Of a DNA stretch of 59,597 nt, positions 58,434-59,597 are shown in pieces. A program made the position numbers and the translations under genes. Each line of letters begins with the position of its first letter. Positions within the stretch are counted from its first letter, which is position 1. The stretch is from Osedax symbiont Rs2 (lineage in GTDB: Bacteria; Pseudomonadota; Gammaproteobacteria; Pseudomonadales; Balneatricaceae). The notes under the pieces were generated by a model. The model saw only the letters and a program-made list of their open reading frames with translations, was not told the origin of the DNA and ran no database searches. The stretch lies in the NCBI GenBank assembly GCA_000416315.1, contig ASZI01000221.1:1-59597 (forward strand), in the 5' to 3' direction.

Positions 58434-59597
58434 TTAATCCAGCATTGACAGGTCTCTGACCGCACCTTTGTCCGCTGAGGTTGCCAGTAGTGCATAGGCT
58501 TTTAGTGAGGCGGATACTTTGCGTGGGCGCGCTTCTACAGGCTTCCAGGCTAGTTTGCCTCTAGCTTCCATGGCTGCACGGCGGCTGTCTAGTTCGCTGT
58601 CGCTGATCAGAACATTGATACTGCGGTTGGGGATGTCTATCAATATTTTGTCACCGTTCTCTATCAGTCCTATGGCGCCTCCTGCAGCGGCCTCAGGCGA
58701 TACATGACCTATCGAGAGGCCTGAGGTACCACCAGAGAATCTTCCGTCAGTCAGCAGTGCACAGGCTTTGCCCAGACCTTTGGATTTGATGTAAGAAGTC
58801 GGATAGAGCATTTCCTGCATTCCGGGGCCGCCCTTGGGGCCCTCGTAGCGAACGATCACTATATCTCCGGCAGAGACTTTGTCTGCGAGTATATTTGCCA
58901 CTGCTTCATCTTGTGACTCTGTGACATGGGCGCTACCTTCAAAGACTAAGATAGATTCGTCGACACCGGCAGTTTTCACTACACAGCCGTCCAGAGCAAT
59001 GTTTCCGTATAACACAGCTAAACCACCTTCAAGGGAGTAGGCGTTTTCAATGGAGCGGACACAGCCTCCCGCTCTGTCTGCATCTACGCTGCTCCAGCGG
59101 GTAGCTTGGCTGAAAGCGGTCTGGGTTGGAATGCCCGCCGGGCCGGCGCGGAAAAATTTTAAAACCTCGCTGGAGGGGTTGCGCATGATATCCCACTTGT
59201 CCAGGGCCTCCTTGAGGCTGGCACTGTGCACTGTTGGAATGTCAGTGTGCAGCTTCCCTGCGCGATCCAGCTCACCCAAAATTGCAAAAATTCCTCCGGC
59301 TCTGTGCACGTCTTCCATGTGATAGAGTGGCGAGTTAGGCGCAACCTTGCACAGCTGTGGCACATCGTGGGACATTTTCTCCATGTGCTCTAAAGTGAAG
59401 TCAATTTCTGCCTCTAGGGCTATTGCCAGTAAATGCAGGATGGTGTTTGTGGAACCGCCCATGCAAATATCCAGTGTCATGGCGTTCTCGAAAGCTTTGA
59501 TACAAGCGATATTTCTGGGTAGTACGGCCTCGTTGTCGTCCTCGTAGTAGCTTTTTGTTATCCCTACTATTGATCTTCCCGCCTCTAAAAACAACTC
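58434..59597 (-). CDS. ilvD: Dihydroxy-acid dehydratase, C-terminal part (runs off the window)
   Basis: [48 protein letters not shown]. Confidence 0.96.
   Translation of the reverse strand, partial: ELFLEAGRSIVGITKSYYEDDNEAVLPRNIACIKAFENAMTLDICMGGSTNTILHLLAIALEAEIDFTLEHMEKMSHDVPQLCKVAPNSPLYHMEDVHRAGGIFAILGELDRAGKLHTDIPTVHSASLKEALDKWDIMRNPSSEVLKFFRAGPAGIPTQTAFSQATRWSSVDADRAGGCVRSIENAYSLEGGLAVLYGNIALDGCVVKTAGVDESILVFEGSAHVTESQDEAVANILADKVSAGDIVIVRYEGPKGGPGMQEMLYPTSYIKSKGLGKACALLTDGRFSGGTSGLSIGHVSPEAAAGGAIGLIENGDKILIDIPNRSINVLISDSELDSRRAAMEARGKLAWKPVEARPRKVSASLKAYALLATSADKGAVRDLSMLD

Overview
Gene-dense, almost entirely housekeeping segment of a gammaproteobacterial chromosome. Its gene content resembles Pseudomonadales/Oceanospirillales (inference). 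The order glyS-glyQ-lipid A acyltransferase-trkH-trkA-rsmB-fmt-def / LysM-dprA-tsaC-hemF-aroE matches the origin-proximal block of Pseudomonas-like genomes, and two parS-type palindromes support a position near oriC. The middle carries metal and nutrient uptake loci: an imelysin/di-haem/imelysin/DUF1513 cluster with a Fur box, znuA-zur-znuCB with a Zur box, and a CrbS/CrbR-type two-component system with an ActP-like symporter. The right end carries rsmD, ftsYEX, rpoH, trmB, a DHH phosphoesterase and a truncated ilvD. I found no rRNA, tRNA, CRISPR array, IS element or prophage. The most unusual signals are small: (i) a 42-bp palindrome in which a parS site is flanked symmetrically by two inverted DnaA boxes (18704-18745); (ii) an unannotated 40-aa membrane ORF upstream of a MerR/CueR-like regulator; (iii) a 3 x 11-bp tandem repeat at the trmB start; (iv) purE without purK, a DUF501 gene after recG, an FtsY with an N-terminal hydrophobic anchor, and a LonC-like protease with a degenerate Walker A. 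All family calls come from motif recognition by eye; no database search was run.
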